Part shown: one piece after another, positions 1 through 12,699 of the stretch | Layout: the number at the start of each line of letters is the position of its first letter | Position numbering within the stretch: position 1 is the first letter of the stretch | Source of the DNA: Carcharhinus amblyrhynchos | Lineage: Eukaryota | Direction: 5' to 3' | Assembly: GCA_965287045.1 (NCBI GenBank) | Contig: OZ336899.1 | Location: 16,430,001-16,494,000, forward strand | DNA: 64,000 nt | Notes under the pieces: generated by a model | Database searches by the model: none | What the model was told of the DNA's origin: nothing | Seen by the model: the letters and a program-made list of their open reading frames with translations, nothing else | Made by a program: the position numbers and the translations under genes

Positions 1-329
1 GAGCTGCCAAAAAGCGCTTAAAAAAAATTGGCAAGGTCATCTCCAAGCTTGATAAAATCTAATTACTGTGGAAGTGACTCTATCTGGTTAATCAGTTACT
101 ACTGAGTATCATAAAAGGAATTCAACATCCCTGATCACCGTGCTCAGGAACACACAAGTTCTGCTATGTGAGTCTGCTCCACTTCTGACTATAGTTTAGA
201 CAGAGAACCAAGGTCATTTCTGCTCACAGTTTCTCTCTCAGAATGAACAGTTTTATTTGACAGTCTCTCCCTACATGGAATCACACACATTGTTCTAATG
301 TAGGAAGTGCAGCACCTAATTTGAGCACA

Positions 330-680
330 ACCAGGCCCCACGAACAACAATATCATAATGACCAGGAAACCCATATTAATAATGTACATTGAGAGTTAAA
401 TATTGGCCTGCCCATCAGGGAGAACTCCCTTGCTCCTCTTCAGGATTGCACCTTGGGTCTTATACATCCAACTGAGAGGGAAAACTTGGCTCGATCAGTT
501 GAGTATTTCATCTGAAAAGCAGTACCACCCCTCCCTACCCCCAGTAGTGCTGCGCTCCCTCAGTCATGCAATAGGAGTGTCAGCCTAGATTTTGTACTCA
601 AATTTTGAGAGTGGGATTAGAAGCTGGAACTTCCTGACACAAGGTGAGAGGAATAACCATTGAGCAATAGCTGATGTGTG
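330..680 (-). mobile_element. Decayed Deu-domain SINE (SacSINE1-like)
   Basis: Reverse complement resembles the + strand copies at 14235-14455 and 52055-52395. Confidence 0.55.
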
Positions 681-796
681 AAACAGACTGGTAACAAGTG
701 GAGGATGTGCTTGATGGATGATCCATGAGTGCTTATACTGAACTGTGAATGGAGGTAAGTCCTGCTGACCTTTGAACTCAAGACTAACAGGATGAT

Positions 797-1821
797 AGTG
801 GAGTGCCCCAGGGGTCGGTGCTGGGGCCTCAGCTATTTACCATTTATATAGATGATCTGGAGGAGGGAACCGAGTGTATGGTGTCGAAATTTGCTGATGA
901 CACCAAAATTGGTGGAACGGCAAATTGTGCGGAGGGTGTGGAAAGTCTGCAGAAGGATCTAGATAGGCTGGGCGAATGGGCCAGGAACTGGCAAATGGAA
1001 TTTAATGTTGGCAAGTGTGAAGTTGTCCACTTTGGTAGGAATAATGGTAGGAAGGATTATTACTTACATGGCGAAAAACTGCAGCATGCGACGGTGCAGA
1101 GGGACCTCGGGGTCCTTGTGCATGAGTCGCAAAAACCCAGCCTGCAGGTGCAGCAGGTGGTCAGGAAGGCGAATGGGATGCTGGCCTTCATAGCGAGGGG
1201 GATTGAATATAAAAGTAGGGAGGTCTTGCTGCAACTGTACAGGGCACTGGTGAGGCCGCAGCTGGAGTACTGTGTGCAGTTTTGGTCGCCGCACTTGCGC
1301 AAAGATATTTTGGCCTTGGAGGGAGTGCAGAGGAGGTTTACTAGGCTGATACCGGAGTTGAGGGGGTTGAACTATGAGGAGAGGCTGAGTAAACTAGGCT
1401 TGTACTTGTTAGAGTTTAGAAGAATGAGGGGAGATCTCATTGAGACGTATAAGATGATGAATGGGATGGATAGGATAGAGGTGGAGAGACTCTTCCCGCT
1501 CAGAAAGGACAGTAGGACTAGAGGGCACAGCCTCAAGATAAAGGGGGGGCGGTTTAGAACAGAGTTGAAGAGGAACTTCTTCACTCATAGGGTGGAGAAT
1601 CTCTGGAATTCTCTGCCCGTTGAAGTGGTGGAGGCTGCCTTGCTAAATATATTTAAGACACGGGTTGATAGGTTTTTGATAGGCAAGGGGATTAAGGGTT
1701 ATGGGGAGAGGACGGGAATGTGGAACTGAGACACGACAGATTAGCCATGATCTTATTGAATGGTGGGGCAGGCTTGAAGGGCTAGATGGCCTACTCCTGC
1801 TCCTATTTCTTATGTTCTTAT
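797..1821 (+). mobile_element. Young 5'-truncated CR1 LINE (RT C-terminus plus 3' UTR), intronic in the SGPP gene
   Basis: Uninterrupted ORF to 1729 with GVPQGSVLGP, KFADD, FNVGKC, RPQLEYCVQFWSP, TRGH and FFTHRV..WNSLP motifs. Typical 3' tail GGCCTACTCCTGCTCCTATTTCTTATGTTCTT. Confidence 0.95.
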
Positions 1822-2479
1822 TGGGTGACCCTCAGGTTCAATGAAAACAGAAAACGCTAAATCGGAGGCTCAAACCAAAAATCATTAACGCAGTTTGGAT
1901 TTTATTTTGAGTTTCATTGGGCAACCATTTGTTGGGGTTACAGTTCATCGAATCCAGGCCCAACACTCACCTGCTCTGTGAGATTGCCTCAGGTTTTATT
2001 GTAAATGTTTTTGCTCTTGTAGTCAATCTCAAGGTGGTACATCCTCTCATTCAAATGTCACAGGCACAGTTCCTCATGAAAACCTATGTGCTTGGGTTAT
2101 AAAAAGTATTTGATAGCCTTAGGGCACTGCGGAGCAGAGAGTTTTGTTTGGAGTGACATTTTTATTTCACACAAAAAGATGCAAGGAATAGGATTAGACT
2201 GTGACATTGACTGGGGACTACTGGAGTCATACTGAACAGCCATAGTTGGAACACAGATTGCTGAATTTCTGAAGATCAATTATCGATTTGAGGTTAAACA
2301 TGGGTTCATTGTTTAAGCACTGAAGATTATATTCATGCTTAACCCATACAACTCAGCTCATTTACAGTTACTTAGGTCCAAAGTGTATTCTGAAACCACT
2401 GCTATCTTCATTAGCACTGACCTCTGAGGAGAGTGGAATCCAGAAGGCATTAAATGTAATCTGTACATAACACATACTT

Positions 2480-2590
2480 GTTGGTGTCCCAGGAGTGTCT
2501 GAGGAAGCTTTATTCTGTATCCAGCGTGTTCAGTACCTGTCCTAGGAGTGTTTGATGGGACAATATAGAGGGAGTTGTACTTTGTATCCA
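2480..2590 (-). repeat. Short degenerate copy of the ~69-bp dispersed satellite (empty target site)
   Basis: GTACCTGTCCTAGGAGTGTTTGATGGGACAATATAGAGGGAG, the same unit as at 23130-23535 and 61575-61860. Confidence 0.75.
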
Positions 2591-2634
2591 TGTAATCACT
2601 GACTTTATTTACTCTGTGCCTCTCTTTATTTCAG

Positions 2635-2724
2635 TATCCCTGTGAGCTGGGACTGCTGCTAGCTTTGGCTATTTGTACCTTGGTGTCCCTGAGCCGTATT
2701 TACACAGGGATGCATACAGTTTTG
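2635..2724 (+). CDS. SGPP2: Penultimate coding exon (90 nt) of an SGPP2-like sphingosine-1-phosphate phosphatase (PAP2 family)
   Basis: Not in the ORF track. Acceptor ctctctttatttcAG, donor GTaagt, phase 0/0. Translates [30 protein letters not shown], containing the PAP2 C3 motif SRxxxxxH as in SGPP2 ([12 protein letters not shown]). Splices in frame to the exon at 5295. Confidence 0.92.
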
Positions 2725-4569
2725 GTAAGTCAGAAATGGCAAGTGTGCCCACGTGACTGGGGGAGGGGGGAGTGAGGTGGGTGGGGGTGATGGCAAAGGT
2801 TTTCTGTAAATGGGTCTTGGCTTTATAGGGATGTGCTGTGAGTTATTCAACATATAAAAATGAGACAAAAGCAAATCCCAGAAATCTGAATGAACATGAA
2901 ATGCAGGACATGCACAACCGTTGTATTGGCATCTGTGAAGAAGGCCAGCAGATTAACATTACAGCACAGACCTTTCAGCATAGATCTGTGTTCTGTCCCA
3001 AGAAACCAGTTGGTGGAGGAAATTACTAGAGCCAATCCAGTTTCAATGAATGTATCTTCAGGTGCTCAAGTGAAACCCCAATTAACACCTCCACCTGCAC
3101 ATAATGAAACGCAATTAACAGTTTGATCACAATGAAAATTTTGGAAAAGGTCAGAAAGCACCAGGCCCTTGTTTTGATAGATTAATGGCTCTAACCTACT
3201 TATAGTGCAGATCATGTCAGGTAGAGGGAAAGGCAGTAAGGGGCTGAGAAAAGAGGGAGCCAAGCACGGCAAAGTACTCTGATTACATCCAGGGTATCAC
3301 CAAGCTGGCCATTCGACATCTGGCAGGGGTGTCAAGTGCATCTCTGACCTAATCTACAAGGAGGTTGGTGACTCCGGGAAAACATCAAAGACTTGGTGAT
3401 CTATTCCACACACGCCAAGAATGAAACGGTGGATGGCCATGGATGTGGTGTACACCAGGGACAGACTCTGTGTGGCTTCAGTGGCTGAGGATAGTTTTAA
3501 GGATTGTGATTTAAAAAAAAAAAATTTTCATCATATTGCTCAACCCCACCATTCCACTCCATCCCTCAACCCCGATTCACCTTCTCTCCAGACTCGTGTA
3601 ATGGTTATGGTACTAGGAATCCACAAGCCCTGAATTCAATTTACACCATAGCAAATTATGAGACTGAATTTGATAAACCTGACAACTTGTGCACGTTGAG
3701 GAAGGAAACCTGCCATTGTAACTAATCTGGCCTATGCATGACTCTGATCCCACATGCTTCATGGTTGGTTATTCATGCCCTCAGGGCAGTGAGTGATGGA
3801 CAATAAAAACTGGCATGTCAGCGTTGCCCACACCTCAACAGCAAATGATAAAAAGCAACAAGTGGTAATGTATTGAAGTGGCAACAAGCTAGTGGCATGC
3901 TTTTTAAAGTTAATCTTAATTCTGATAAAATGTCTGTGGTTTGTGGGCTGCAACCAGGGAATCTCAGCACCACCCTGGGGGTTGTAGGAGCTACTAAGAG
4001 CCTCAAACAGTTCATCCTCTCCATCAATTCAGTCACCCTCGGGTTTGTTGACTTACTCCAGTCAATACCAGCTCACAGTCCATATCCCCAGTGTTTATTA
4101 CTGCCAAGTATATAAACAGCTTAAAGCAGCAATGTTATAAATGTCGCCTATTCATTAAATACTTTTGCTGTTATCTTGGTCCAAGAACACACACTACTTT
4201 AGCTGCAGGACAAGCTAGGAAAAATTGAAAACTGCTTCTCAATACAGAGATAGGATTGTTAATGAATGGTTAGGAATTGTAGAGATTTCCCTGGAACCAG
4301 TGGGCCAGTAGTCGCAATACTATCTCTGTAACTGAGCCACGTGGCCAGGAAGGTCACTGGTTTGATGCCTGATCTATGCTGAGTGAGTTGGTCTCAGCCA
4401 AGGTATCTCTATATTTGCACTTCAAAATAACCTTAGAGGATAGATGTTTGGCAGGTTTCTTGTTTCACACTACCCTGTGGTAACCAGAGTTTGTGCTTGT
4501 ATGAACATGTGGTGAGGGCAAAAATCAGGCCGTGATTCCCTCCATAGTCATATTTCCGACTAGTACCAA

Positions 4570-5005
4570 AGGTGTCCCACAGATGAGGAACAGTTGAGGA
4601 CTCTGGTTCTGTACTTGTTAGACTTTAGAAGGATGAGGGGGATCTTGTTGAAACTTACAGGATAGTGCAAGGCCTGGATAGCATGGACATGGAGAAGACC
4701 ACTAGTAGGAAAAACTAGAATTGGAGAACACAACCTCAGGCTAAAGGACAATCCTTTAGAACAGAGAGGAGGAGGAATTTCTTCAGCTAGAGAGTGGTGA
4801 ATCTGTGGAACTCTTTGCCGCAGAAGGCTGTGGAAGTCGGGTCATTGAGTGTCTTTAAGTCAGGGATAGATAGGGTCTTGATTAATAAGGAGATCAGGGG
4901 TTATTGGGATAAGACAGGAGAATGGGGATGAGAAAAATATCAGTCATGATTGATTGGTGGAGCAGACTTGATGGACCGAGTGGCCTAATTCTGGTCCTGT
5001 GTAGG
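4570..5005 (+). mobile_element. Decayed CR1 3' fragment
   Basis: AGAAGGATGAGGGGGATCTTGTTGAAAC...GAGAGTGGTGAATCTGTGGAACTC...GGCCTAATTCTGGTCCT, homologous to 1420-1820. Confidence 0.85.
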
Positions 5006-5294
5006 ACAGCCCTTTGGTAAGATACTGCCCTGTGTCCTGGAACCTATATTCCAACAAGAGCAGATGTGAATAGCAAGTTCTAGAGAAGAAAGTTCTGTAT
5101 TCAGGACTGATCTCAAGATTTGAAAAAGAGTTTCCAACATTCAGTGTGAATTGGAGTCCGCCTTTTTAGACCAATTGTTCCATCTTAAATTACATTTGCT
5201 TTCTAGACTCTGAAATCACCTTGGTGCTTTGGTTAGGAATTGGTATATGATTTTCCAATCTCTGCTGGAACTAATGGCTCTTTCCCTTCCTCAG

Positions 5295-5837
5295 GATGTG
5301 TTGTGTGGAGTTGCAATCACTGCTCTGCTGGTGACTGCCTCTTACCCTTTCTGGGATGCCGTGGAGACCTTCCAGATGAAGAACCACTTTGCTCCTCTAT
5401 TAGCATTGTCCCTGCCTTTGCTGCTGTCCATCTATTACCCTGAGCTGGACCACTGGAGCACAGCACGAGGTGATACCACCAACATTGTCAGTGCTGGTGG
5501 CGGGGCGGCTTTGGCCACTTGGATCAACTATCAGTGGGAGCTGATCCCAGAGCCTGTGTCTGTTCCTCCCTATCCGCTCCCCTCACTATCCATTGGACTG
5601 ATCTACAGGATGTGTGCCAGGTTTGCCATCGGAATTATCATTGTGTTCATTGCTCGGCAGGTGATCAAGTCTGTAGCCCTGACTCTGGTCTGTAGAGTGG
5701 CAGGAGTCTCCCCCAGAGACCAGGAGGCTCGGAAGCTGCTGAGGGTGGAGGTCCCCTACAAATACATCACATACAGCTGCCTGGGAGTGGTTGGACTGGC
5801 AGGCTGCCCAGCAGTTCATCGGTATTTATCACTTTGA
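5295..5837 (+). CDS. SGPP2: Terminal coding exon of SGPP2-like phosphatase
   Basis: Acceptor tttcccttcctcAG|GAT. Translates DVLCGVAITALL...YPELDHWSTARGDTT...EARKLLRVEVPYKYITY...VHRYLSL*, matching the SGPP C-terminal membrane region (human SGPP2 DVLGGVLITALL...EVPYKFVTY...LHRFLGL). The first 22 aa of ORF 5229 are intronic. Orthologue versus paralogue is unresolved. Confidence 0.9.
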   Translation, partial: DVLCGVAITALLVTASYPFWDAVETFQMKNHFAPLLALSLPLLLSIYYPELDHWSTARGDTTNIVSAGGGAALATWINYQWELIPEPVSVPPYPLPSLSIGLIYRMCARFAIGIIIVFIARQVIKSVALTLVCRVAGVSPRDQEARKLLRVEVPYKYITYSCLGVVGLAGCPAVHRYLSL

Positions 5838-5891
5838 CTGTGTCATGGTGAGATGTCTCTTAATTCATGTGTATTTGGAAGCAGAGTATCA

Positions 5892-6330
5892 GGCACTAAA
5901 TTTTCAAGGCCCCATGGGTGTGGGAATGGATTTCTGCCCCTGGAGGTTTTCCTGGGCTAGTCTGAAAGGTGACTTAATTGGACAAGGTCTGAATGAGGGG
6001 AGATTTGGCAGCATTTTCCTGGTGGCTGTGCTCCCCGCCCCGCTCCCCCCCCCCCCAAGTAGATGGTTAACTGGAGAGGGTTAAATCCTCTGATCCACAC
6101 TGCCTTCCCCACTAAAATACTGAATGGTGTTGAGGTGCCCTCATTTCTCCATGCTGCCTCAGCACCTCCTCCCTCTCTGGCCAGGACTGCCCTGCCCGCC
6201 CTGTGGCTGGGTGGGATCCTACCCGTCCACCTGGCCAGCACAAGGAGACCAATCCAGAGGCTGCCTCCACCTTAGGACCTCCATTTCATCCCGACCTCAG
6301 AGCCCCGAAGCCTTCAGGAAAATCCTGTGG
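5892..6330. mobile_element. Probable non-autonomous DNA transposon/MITE in the SGPP 3' UTR
   Basis: GC-rich block with weak inverted ends (ACTAAATTTTCAAGG / CCTTCAGGAAAATCCTGT). An internal TTAATTGG-type motif is shared with 22280-22640 and 39400-40020. Confidence 0.35.
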
Positions 6331-6644
6331 ATTCAGCCTGAGTTTAGTCAGAAATCTGAGATGGATACTCAACTGGTGAAGTCTGTCAACCAGTTAAGCT
6401 ATAAATTCTCAAAGACTGGAATTTCCTCTTTTTGCTTGCCTGTGTAATGTGATTGTCGTTCAGCCATTCTTCTGAGGGATTTCTTGCTGCTGCATTATCT
6501 GCTAGGGTGGGGTGGGGTGGGGGAATGTTCATTGTCATTATTGAGCGTAGGACTAATTGAGGTAACTCCAGCTTCTCACCGTTCAGCTCTCTTGGAGATA
6601 GCTCATTCCTACTTGAATCAAATATACTTCCAAAGCCATAGCCT

Positions 6645-6900
6645 CTGCTACCTGGAAGGACAGGAACAGCAGATGCCTGGGAGCATCATCTGTAAGTTCC
6701 TCTCCAAGCCTCACACCATTCTGATCTCAAAATATAATCTCCAGTGCCACAGGGTCAAATTCCTGGAAATTCCTCCTTAACAGTGCTGTAACACTCCCTG
6801 CCTCAGTCCAAGAAAGCAGCTTGCTACTACCTACTCAAGGCTAATTAGAAATGGGCAATAAATAGTTGTGTTGCCGGTGACTCCCACATTCTGTGAATGA
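6645..6900 (+). mobile_element. L2-type LINE/SINE 3' tail
   Basis: GGAAGGACAGGAACAGCAGATGCCTGGG...CTCCAAGCCTCACACCAT...GGGCAATAAAT...CCCACAT; recurs at ~11900, 46560, 57780 and 59220. Confidence 0.75.
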
Positions 6901-9261
6901 ATGAAGAGATAACTGTGGATTGGATTATTTGCTCCTTATCTGGATTGCTTGCAGTCTTCTCTTTAAAAATAATTAGTGAAAGTTCCACCAAAGACCATTC
7001 GATGGGAAATGGAGCCGAAATCGTTTTGCACATAGTTATGTTTTCCATTGGAAATAAGGGGATCATTGAGAGGGGAAGTGATGAGCATTGGACTGGGGGC
7101 CATATGGGGGGACCCATACCTGGTGTCCATCTGTCAGCAACGGTGGCATTTTTTTGTCACTGGGAAGCCAAGCTCTTCTCCATCCTGATATTTAAGGGCA
7201 AAAATTAGAAATGTAGATATACTTCTCTTGAGAGCTCTAAGCTGCACCACTTCTCTGGAGGTAACCAGTGAGGACAAGAGCCACGCAACAGGAGGCTTGT
7301 GGACTTCACCTGACTGTGTGAGTGCATGTATGTGCTACAGGTTGCCATGACATCCCAAATTTGACTGAGCCAGGAGTGGTGGAACTCCTGCTCTGGTAAG
7401 TTGCCATGTCCAGTGCCATTTGAGTTTATCAGAGCTTGCACACCAATCAGAAACTGTTGGGGATGATAGACACATATCACAGTTGGGTCTATGTCATACT
7501 CTGGAGGGAGACTTGTGGACCCCCTCGAAACTTTCAGCCCATACTGTCTACAATGGATCCTATCCCAATTAGGTAACCAAGGGGAAATCAGGAATTGGAA
7601 GTTGTTTGGAGGTATGGGTTCTTACTTGGAGCTGATGGAGATTTTAAGGAGAGGTTTGTGATTAGCATCTGAAGACCAAATCTCAAGAAAATGCTGGTGC
7701 ATTCTGCTGCGTCGCAGTTATATTGGACAATGAAGTAAACAAGATGAAAATTTCATAAAGCAAAGAATATTTCTTCTTGTGTTCTATGTATGTGTCATGA
7801 GGTTAGGATTTTTAGTCAGAACCTTGGGTAATCTCAGGTCTAGGCAGGATAAATAATTAGAGAAAACACATTTAATCTGAAATAACCTAGATAAAACCAT
7901 TGAACAGATTCACATTATGTTTTAATACTGCAATATCAAGGCTCCTATTCAATCCAGGTCAAAAGTGATTATTCAGGTTCCCTTATATCGCCCCAACATT
8001 ACACTGAACGTACATTAGAATTTGACTATGAATGTCAAGTGTTTTCCCATTCACTCCTATTGTTTAGAATTGAAATAAAACACTTAAGACTCGACCAGGT
8101 GGTTATATAGTCCTGATTTTACCAGGTCTATTTTTACTCAGTTAAAACAGTCCCTTTGTTAACAAATTTCTGAGAGGAATATCTCGTGCAAAGGAATTCA
8201 GTTGCTTTGTGAAAGCTTTGCTGTCTCTACGTTTAGCTTGCTGAATCGTTGATTTAAAAAAAAATTTTCAAAAAAAATTGTAGGTTGTCTGTGTCCTTTT
8301 CAAATCTAGAGTTTACAGAAATGTGCCTGCACCAAGGCCAACATGGCTGCCTTCTCTTACACGGATCTACACTTGGTATAATTGGTATATAACCGGAGAG
8401 TTGGGAAAGAATTGCACCGTCTGACTGACTGACCAGGATTTCAGGCCATGACACTAAAACAAGCTTGCCTAATGTGCCCCCCAGAGTTAAAGTGTACCAT
8501 TGCAATCTGCTGTTATTCAACCGTCCCAATCACACAAGGATTGGTAAAAGAATATTGTGGGTTCTTTACTTGAAGATAAGACTATATACTAATGATGTTT
8601 ATGAGGAGGTTAAGTATAATGTCTGACTCCTATCGTCTGCTGCTGTAGACTAAGTACAAGTCGTGGAACTAATACGTCACATTTTGTTGAGATGGATAAT
8701 GATTGACAGCAGTTTAAAATATGCTTCCTTAAAGGTACATGTACATCATACCACAACACCTGCCATGCAGAATGTGAGATGAGCTGCTTCCCTCCTCCTG
8801 TAGTATTGCAATGCTCCTGGGCCATTTCTGTGAAGAATGAAAGAAATCCAATGCACAGTAGTGTGGAATGGCACCAACAAGAGCAAAATTGCCTTTGCTG
8901 AGAGTCATCACTATTACTGGGATGTCTCCCCTTAAAACTCATGGATACGTTGTTTGGAATAATAATTCCAGATTGGAGCATTTCCCCTGACACTATCCCA
9001 ATACTTCCAGGACTGGTATAGATTAGATTAGATACAGATGATGTTCTAGCACGCAATCCCATGGACCTACCTTGCAGACTGTGCAATCAGGCCCACAGAC
9101 TGTTGATACGCAGTCATTCTGACCATAAGATGCCTGGCGGCATACTTCTTGCTCTGAGTTGACGTTAACCATGGTGTTAAGGGGAGGTAGTACCCTCGGT
9201 GCACTAAATTGGGGAGGAGAAAATCCATATATCCTATTTCTGATTGCCCCCTTCGAATCAC

Positions 9262-10345
9262 TGGAAGACAATCTGTGGGTGGAGCCAGAGCACATTGTAG
9301 AGTGTTGAATGAATGCTTCACATCCGTCTTCATCCAAGAAAATGAGGCCGATGGTATGGAATTCAGGCAGAGAGACTGTGAGGTTCTTGACTAAATTGAC
9401 ATAAGGAAGGACAAGGTATTGGAGGTGTTGACAGCCTTAAAAGTGGATAAATCTTCAGGTCTAGATGAATTGTGCCCTAAGCTGCTGTGGGAGAGGAGGA
9501 GGAGATTGCAGGGGTTCTGACCTAAATTTTCAGTTCCTCTCCAGCCACAAGGGAGATAATAGATGACTGGAGAACAGCTAATGTAATTCTGCTACTTAAG
9601 AAGGGTTGTAGAGATAAATCAGGGAACTACAGACCAGTGAGTCTCATGTCAGTGGGAGGGAAACTATTAGAGAAACTTCTGAAGGAGAATATTTATCTCC
9701 ACTTGGAGAGGCAAAGCTTGATCAGAGATAGTCAGCATAGCTTCATCAAAGGGAAATCATACCTAACAAGTTTGATTGAATTTTTGAGGAGGTGACCAGG
9801 TGCGTAGACAAGGGTAGTACAGTTGATGTAGTTTATATGAATTCCTGCAAAGACTTTGACAATATCCCACATGGGAGATTTGGAAAGAAGGTAATTTCAC
9901 ATAGGATACAGGGTTATTTGATAAAGTGGATTCAAAATTGGTTTGGTTGAGGGAGACAGAGGATGATGACAGAAGGCAACCTGATAGAGGTGTACAAAAG
10001 TATGAGAAAGATGGACAGAGTGGATAAGAAGCAGCTATTCCCCTTCACTGAAGGGTTAATCATGAGGGGTCATAGGTTCAAGGTGAGGACAGAAGGTTTA
10101 GGGAGGATGTGAGGAAAAACCTTTCTACTCAGAAGGCAGTGATGGTCTGGAATGTGCTGCCTGGGAGGTTGTTGGGGGGGGAGGTGGGGGTTGTATCACA
10201 TCCTTTAAAAAGTATCTGCTTGAGCAGTTGGCACACCATAACATTCAGGGCTATGGGCCAAGGGCTGGCAGATGGGATTAGGTGGGAGTTCAGGTGCTTC
10301 TAATGTGTCGATGTGGGTTCGATGGGCCAAAGGGCCTCTTCTGTG
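9262..10345 (+). mobile_element. Decayed, internally deleted CR1 ORF2 fragment
   Basis: Remnants of NLWVEPE..LNECFTSVF, KSSGLD, WRTANV, NYRPVSL and DSQH. Jumps to the 3' end near 9975 and ends in GGGCCTCTTCTGTGCTGTATGA. Confidence 0.85.
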
Positions 10346-10369
10346 CTGTATGAGTCTGTGATTCCTACT

Positions 10370-10770
10370 CCATCAAGAAAGATGTAATAAGTTCCTTTCT
10401 CTCAAGGAAACTTCTCACAGAGCTCATTAAAATTGTGAAGGAGTTTAATAGGGTAGAAACAGCGATGTTTCCATTTGCAGGTGAGATTGTAACTATGGAC
10501 TATAAATATGAGAGTCATTGATAGGGAATTTCAGGAAAAGCCTTTTTACCCAGAGAATGGTGCAAACATGAAACACTTTACTACATGGAATGGTTGAGGT
10601 GAATAGCATAAGTACATTTTAAAGAACAGCTAAATAAACACATGACGGGGGAAAGATCAGAAAGATATTCTCAGAAGGTGAGTTGAAGTTGGGAGACTGG
10701 TATGGAGCATAAACACTAGTATGGGCCTGTTAGGCCAGAATGTCATGTTTCAATGCTGCAAATACTATGT
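10370..10770 (+). mobile_element. Old CR1 3' fragment
   Basis: TTTTTACCCAGAGAATGGTG and the tail GGGCCTGTTAGGCCAGAATG...TGCTGCAAATACTATG. Confidence 0.6.
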
Positions 10771-10783
10771 ACTCCAATGCATC

Positions 10784-11060
10784 TGTGTTTGTTTGGATAT
10801 CATTTTTGGTAACATGGCCCCTTTAAGGGGGTGATACTTCACGGGTCATGTGATTGGGCCAGATCCTACGGCATGGCCAAGCGGAAAGCCAAGCCACTCG
10901 AAAGTGTATCCTGGGCAGGGAGAACCTCCACTTCGAGCCAGGGAGGAGAAGACTAGACCGGTGCGAGTGTTTCTGTCACACCGTTATCTTGTATATATTT
11001 ATAATAGTTTAATAAACCCTTAATTGTTAGATCTGCACAGAATCACCTCCAATTATTACA
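10784..11060 (+). mobile_element. Probable short solo LTR (Gypsy-type)
   Basis: CCCCTTTAAGGGG near the 5' end, CpG-retaining body, AATAAA at 11011, end ...ATTACA. 5' boundary and TSD not resolved. Confidence 0.5.
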
Positions 11061-12544
11061 TCATAGAAAATGGGGGCGGGAGTAAGCCACTTGGCCGTGC
11101 AAGCTGCTCTGCCATTCAATCTGATCATGACTGATCCTCTATGACAACACCCTGGAGTTGGTCAGAAAGGGGAAGTTGCTGGGGAAAAGCTTCACAGGAA
11201 GCCATCTTTGTTCACTAGAGACTGGAACTAAAGGACTCAATCGCCAGATACTGCATTAAACCAAAGAATTCAATCAACTTTTAAGTTTGAGATGAATAAA
11301 TCAACCCTTATTAACCATGCATAAGGGGCAAATTGTAACCTGTGACTTTAGCAGCTTTATACATGTGGAATTGCAATATATTGAACTGAATTTTTGTATA
11401 AACAGAGTAGCTGTGTGTTGCTATGGCAACAAACCTCAAAATGCTACCCTTTGAAGGCTCTATCAGTAGAACAGCAAAATGCTTTGAATTTTCACACCTT
11501 AGTCCCTCAGGGAATTGGACATTGCCAGGTAAACACAGTGTGTGTAGGTGCTTGAGAAATGTTTATAAGGGCAGGTTCAGGCAGAGGTTAAAGGTAGGCT
11601 CAAGTTAGAAAAATTCCTTTGTTACTGTATTGCTACTTTTTAAACCAATGTGCTTTTCCAGGTGAGATGAGGGGTATTTGAATTGCACGTAGTCAAGCAT
11701 TCCCAGGGCAAGACTTAGTTACAGCGTAAGTACAGTACACTGTCTAGTTCTCTGGACTGCATCCCAACAATGCACCTTAGCTCCAGCCTTGGAACTCACA
11801 GCTGCATATTTGGATGTTCCTCTTGGTGAGCCATTTGTTTAAGTTTCCTACTATAGGTCCATTGCCCCTGTAAATTACAAAGACAGTCTGCTCAAACCTG
11901 ATGCCCACAACACCGAGAAGGGGCACCACCATCTGCAACTTCCTCCCTCAAGCCACACAGCATCCTCATGTGGAATTATATTACCATGGCTTCACTGTGA
12001 CGAGGGCAAAATCCTAGCACTCCATTCTTTAAAGCACTGAGAATACACCTACACCACATGAACTGCAGCACTTATCAAAGGCAATTAGGGATGAGCAATA
12101 AATGTTGGCTCAGATTTCATTTGAAAAAAGAGTCACCACCTTGTGTTGTATATTATCCCATCTTTCCACCTGCATATACAGCCAGCAGATAGAGACATTC
12201 ATTTCATCACTGGATGTGCTTTGGATCCAGAGGTACAAGATCACTGTCTATCCCAATGATCTGCCCAGTTCTATAGTGTTGGTTTCAGTTGACTGAATTC
12301 TTCCCCAGTTCATACCCCTATGTGTACCTCCAGCCCTGCCCCTGCCCCTGCCCTTACCCTGACCCACATCCTACCTCTGTCGCATGTATAATCCTGCCTT
12401 ACACCTGCCCCTTCTGTTGGTAAGCCATAGTGCCAGAGTTTAAAAATCAGCCAAGCCTTTCTGGAGGGAAGGTAGGAAACACTTCTTTAAATGAAAAGTT
12501 ATAGAAGTGTGTAACTGTCTCACTTAAAGCAGTAGCTCAATTGC

Positions 12545-12690
12545 ACACACACTCATACTCACATGGAAAAAACTTGCACATACACATACACTCACATGAA
12601 AAACATACACATGTGAAAAAACACATGTGAAAACATACACTCACATGGAAAAAAACATACACGCTCATACACTCACATGTTCACATTCAC
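12545..12690. repeat. Degenerate CA-rich simple repeat
   Basis: CATACACTCACATG-like iterations. Confidence 0.7.
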
Positions 12691-12699
12691 AAGCACTTG

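Noticed and set aside
803-1729. RT ORFs (also 25408 and 44717) as host genes or autonomous elements
   Set aside because: 5'-truncated CR1 copies lacking promoter, ORF1 and endonuclease.
5229-5294. N-terminal extension MVRNW... of the SGPP ORF
   Set aside because: Lies upstream of a clear splice acceptor; homology starts at 5295.
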